The notes under the pieces were generated by a model. The model had not been told where the DNA came from and did not search any database. It saw only the letters and a program-made list of their open reading frames with translations. This document shows positions 62,032 to 64,000 of a DNA stretch of 64,000 nucleotides, one piece after another. The position numbers were made by a program, and so were the translations under genes. The DNA is taken from assembly GCA_965231085.1 (NCBI GenBank), contig OZ246413.1:411234-475233 (forward strand). Direction: 5' to 3'. The stretch comes from an uncultured Candidatus Saccharibacteria bacterium (GTDB taxonomy: Bacteria; Patescibacteriota; Saccharimonadia; Saccharimonadales; UBA10212). Position 1 is the stretch's first letter. Every line of letters begins with the position of its first letter.

Positions 62032-64000
62032 TTTTTGCTAAGAATTGGCCGGTATAGCTATTTTTATTTTTGGCAATTTGGTCAGGAGTACCGGCAGCGA
62101 CAACCTGCCCTCCGGCAGCTCCGCCCTCTGGGCCCATATCTATAATATGATCAGCTGACTTTATAACGTCTAGGTTATGTTCAATCACAACCATGCTATT
62201 CCCGGCATCTACTAAAGCGTGGAGCACTTGGAGTAGCTTATCAACATCAGCCATATGTAACCCAGTGGTTGGCTCATCCAGAATATAAAGAGTTCGTCCG
62301 GTTGGGCGGCGTGATAATTCGCTAGCCAATTTTATACGCTGAGCCTCACCGCCTGATAATGTAGTCGCGGGCTGCCCAAGAGCAATGTAACCTAGACCAA
62401 CATCAACAAGCGTCTGCAGTTTTCTGGCAATGCTTGGAATATTTTCAAAAAATTCGAGTCCTTGTTCGCAAGTCATTTCAAGGACATCGCTAATAGTTTT
62501 ACCTTTGTAGTGGATTTCCAGAGCCTCGCGATTATAGCGTTTGCCATGACAGACTTCGCACGGAACATAAACGTCTGGTAAAAAGTGCATTTCAATTTTT
62601 ATAACGCCATCACCAGCACAATTTTCGCAACGACCACCCTTAACATTAAAGCTGAACCTGCCCGGACTATAGCCTCGTAATTTGGCTTCGGGCATTTCGG
62701 CAAACAATTCTCTGATTGGGGTAAAGACGCCAGTATAGGTTGCTGGGTTGCTGCGTGGGGTTCGACCAATTGGCGATTGGTCAATTACTATAGCCTTATC
62801 CAGGTGCTCGATGCCTACAATGTCATCGTGATGGCCGGGTACAACATTGGCTCTCATTAAACGGGCCGATAACTCCTTAGCTAGTATGTCATTTATTAGA
62901 CTCGATTTTCCAGAACCACTAACGCCGCTAACTACTACTAACTCCCCGAGAGGGATATCGACAGTGACATTCTGAAGATTGTTTTCGCGAGCTCCTTTTA
63001 TAACTAAGCTTTTGCCGTTGCCTGATCGACGTTTCTTTGGGGTTTTAATTGTCTTTTCACCACGTAAATACTGAGCCGTGATACTTTGCTTTACCTTAGC
63101 TACCTCAGACGGTGTGCCAGTGGCCACTACTTCACCACCATGGATCCCAGCTCCTGGTCCAATATCAATCAGAAAGTCAGCACTTTTGATTGTTTCTTCA
63201 TCGTGTTCAACCACCAACACACTATTCCCGAGATCGCGCAGTCGCTTTAATGTATTTAAAAGACGCGCGTTGTCGCGCTGATGTAAGCCAATACTTGGTT
63301 CATCCAGTACGTAGAGCACTCCCTGCAAACCCGATCCAATTTGAGTCGCTAGGCGTATGCGCTGGGCTTCCCCGCCCGAAAGCGATACGGCATTACGTGC
63401 TAGGGTTAGGTAGTTAAGCCCGACGTCTTGCAAAAATTCTAGGCGAGCTCCAATTTCTTTTAGTATTTGTTTGGCAATTGAGGCACTGGTTGTATCAAGC
63501 TTAATGGTCTTAAAAAATTTAGCACAGTCGTCGATCGACAACTCGCAGATATCCATTATCGACCTATCAGCAACAGTTACTGCCAAGACTTCCGGTTTTA
63601 ATCTTTTACCATGGCAGGCATGGCATGGCCTTTCCTGCATGTATCGCTCAATGTCTCGTCTTATAAAATCACTGTCAGTCTCTTTGTGGCGCCTTTCAAG
63701 GTTAGGGATTACGCCCTCATAGGTTGTATTAAAAGTTCTGCCGATACCAAGGTTAATTTTGTAGCTTTCGTCACCAGTGCCATAAAGAATTTTATCCAAT
63801 TGATTTTTAGTAAGCTCTGCTGTTGGAACATGCAAACTAAAACCATATTTGTCAGCTACAGCTTGAAGTTTTTTTGTATACCAAGCGTCAGTATTGATTC
63901 GGTTAAACGGCCGAATTGCGCCTTCGGCAATTGTTAGCCGGCCATTGGGTATAACTAAATCAGGATCAACCTCCAAGCGATTACCAAGGCCAGTACAAAC
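62024..64000 (-). CDS. uvrA: Excinuclease ABC subunit A (N-terminus beyond the window end)
   Basis: The reading frame stays open to position 64000. Both ABC modules are visible ([10 protein letters not shown]; [12 protein letters not shown] / [12 protein letters not shown]; [11 protein letters not shown] / [11 protein letters not shown]), as are the Zn-finger Cys pairs. Confidence 0.95.
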   Translation of the reverse strand, partial: VCTGLGNRLEVDPDLVIPNGRLTIAEGAIRPFNRINTDAWYTKKLQAVADKYGFSLHVPTAELTKNQLDKILYGTGDESYKINLGIGRTFNTTYEGVIPNLERRHKETDSDFIRRDIERYMQERPCHACHGKRLKPEVLAVTVADRSIMDICELSIDDCAKFFKTIKLDTTSASIAKQILKEIGARLEFLQDVGLNYLTLARNAVSLSGGEAQRIRLATQIGSGLQGVLYVLDEPSIGLHQRDNARLLNTLKRLRDLGNSVLVVEHDEETIKSADFLIDIGPGAGIHGGEVVATGTPSEVAKVKQSITAQYLRGEKTIKTPKKRRSGNGKSLVIKGARENNLQNVTVDIPLGELVVVSGVSGSGKSSLINDILAKELSARLMRANVVPGHHDDIVGIEHLDKAIVIDQSPIGRTPRSNPATYTGVFTPIRELFAEMPEAKLRGYSPGRFSFNVKGGRCENCAGDGVIKIEMHFLPDVYVPCEVCHGKRYNREALEIHYKGKTISDVLEMTCEQGLEFFENIPSIARKLQTLVDVGLGYIALGQPATTLSGGEAQRIKLASELSRRPTGRTLYILDEPTTGLHMADVDKLLQVLHALVDAGNSMVVIEHNLDVIKSADHIIDMGPEGGAAGGQVVAAGTPDQIAKNKNSYTGQFLAKII

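Overview
Gene-dense (about 90% coding) bacterial chromosome segment, roughly low-to-mid 40s %GC by eye. Intergenic spacers are very short and several convergent gene pairs overlap at their stop codons. TGA ends conserved full-length genes, so the standard bacterial code applies. I support about 66 protein genes, 9 tRNAs (all with encoded CCA), and a few promoters and terminators. I saw no rRNA, CRISPR array, transposase or integrase.

Housekeeping content: a complete F1Fo ATP synthase operon (atpBEFHAGDC), leuS, ligA, uvrA (partial), uvrC, rnc, nusB, trmD, rpsP, rpmF, rplY, secG, ddl plus a murF-like gene, sodA, htpX-lemA, malic enzyme and several ABC exporters. The streamlined layout, ribosomal and RNA-binding proteins with long acidic tails, and monoderm-type envelope genes suggest a Patescibacteria/CPR (Saccharibacteria-like) genome. 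That assignment is inference only.

Most interesting loci:
1. 1386-5011: an NDH-2 gene overlaps the start of a NOX/ferric-reductase-type di-heme flavocytochrome gene. Facing them is a signal-anchored FMN-binding protein with an SGAT flavinylation motif, followed by ApbE. This looks like a quinone-independent, flavin-based transmembrane or extracellular electron-transfer module.
2. 5399-6193: a clear heliorhodopsin next to a DUF378 gene, with no retinal biosynthesis gene in the window.
3. 43201-43499: a roughly 280-bp cassette of about 65% GC (GC3 about 84%) in AT-rich surroundings near tRNA-Ala. It carries its own AGGAGG ribosome-binding site, a 70-aa ORF and a GC-rich hairpin, so it looks like foreign, actinobacterial-type DNA.
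4. 35086-39083: a GT2 / GtrA / large membrane protein glycosylation cluster in which the membrane protein is fused to a PIG-L/LmbE deacetylase domain.
5. 53478-53741: a 21-bp duplication of the tRNA-Leu 3' end flanking a structured segment that ends in a very strong hairpin.
6. 51339-51415: a tRNA-Gly with an apparent G19:C56 to U19:A56 covariation.

All functional calls come from motif recognition by eye. No database search was run.
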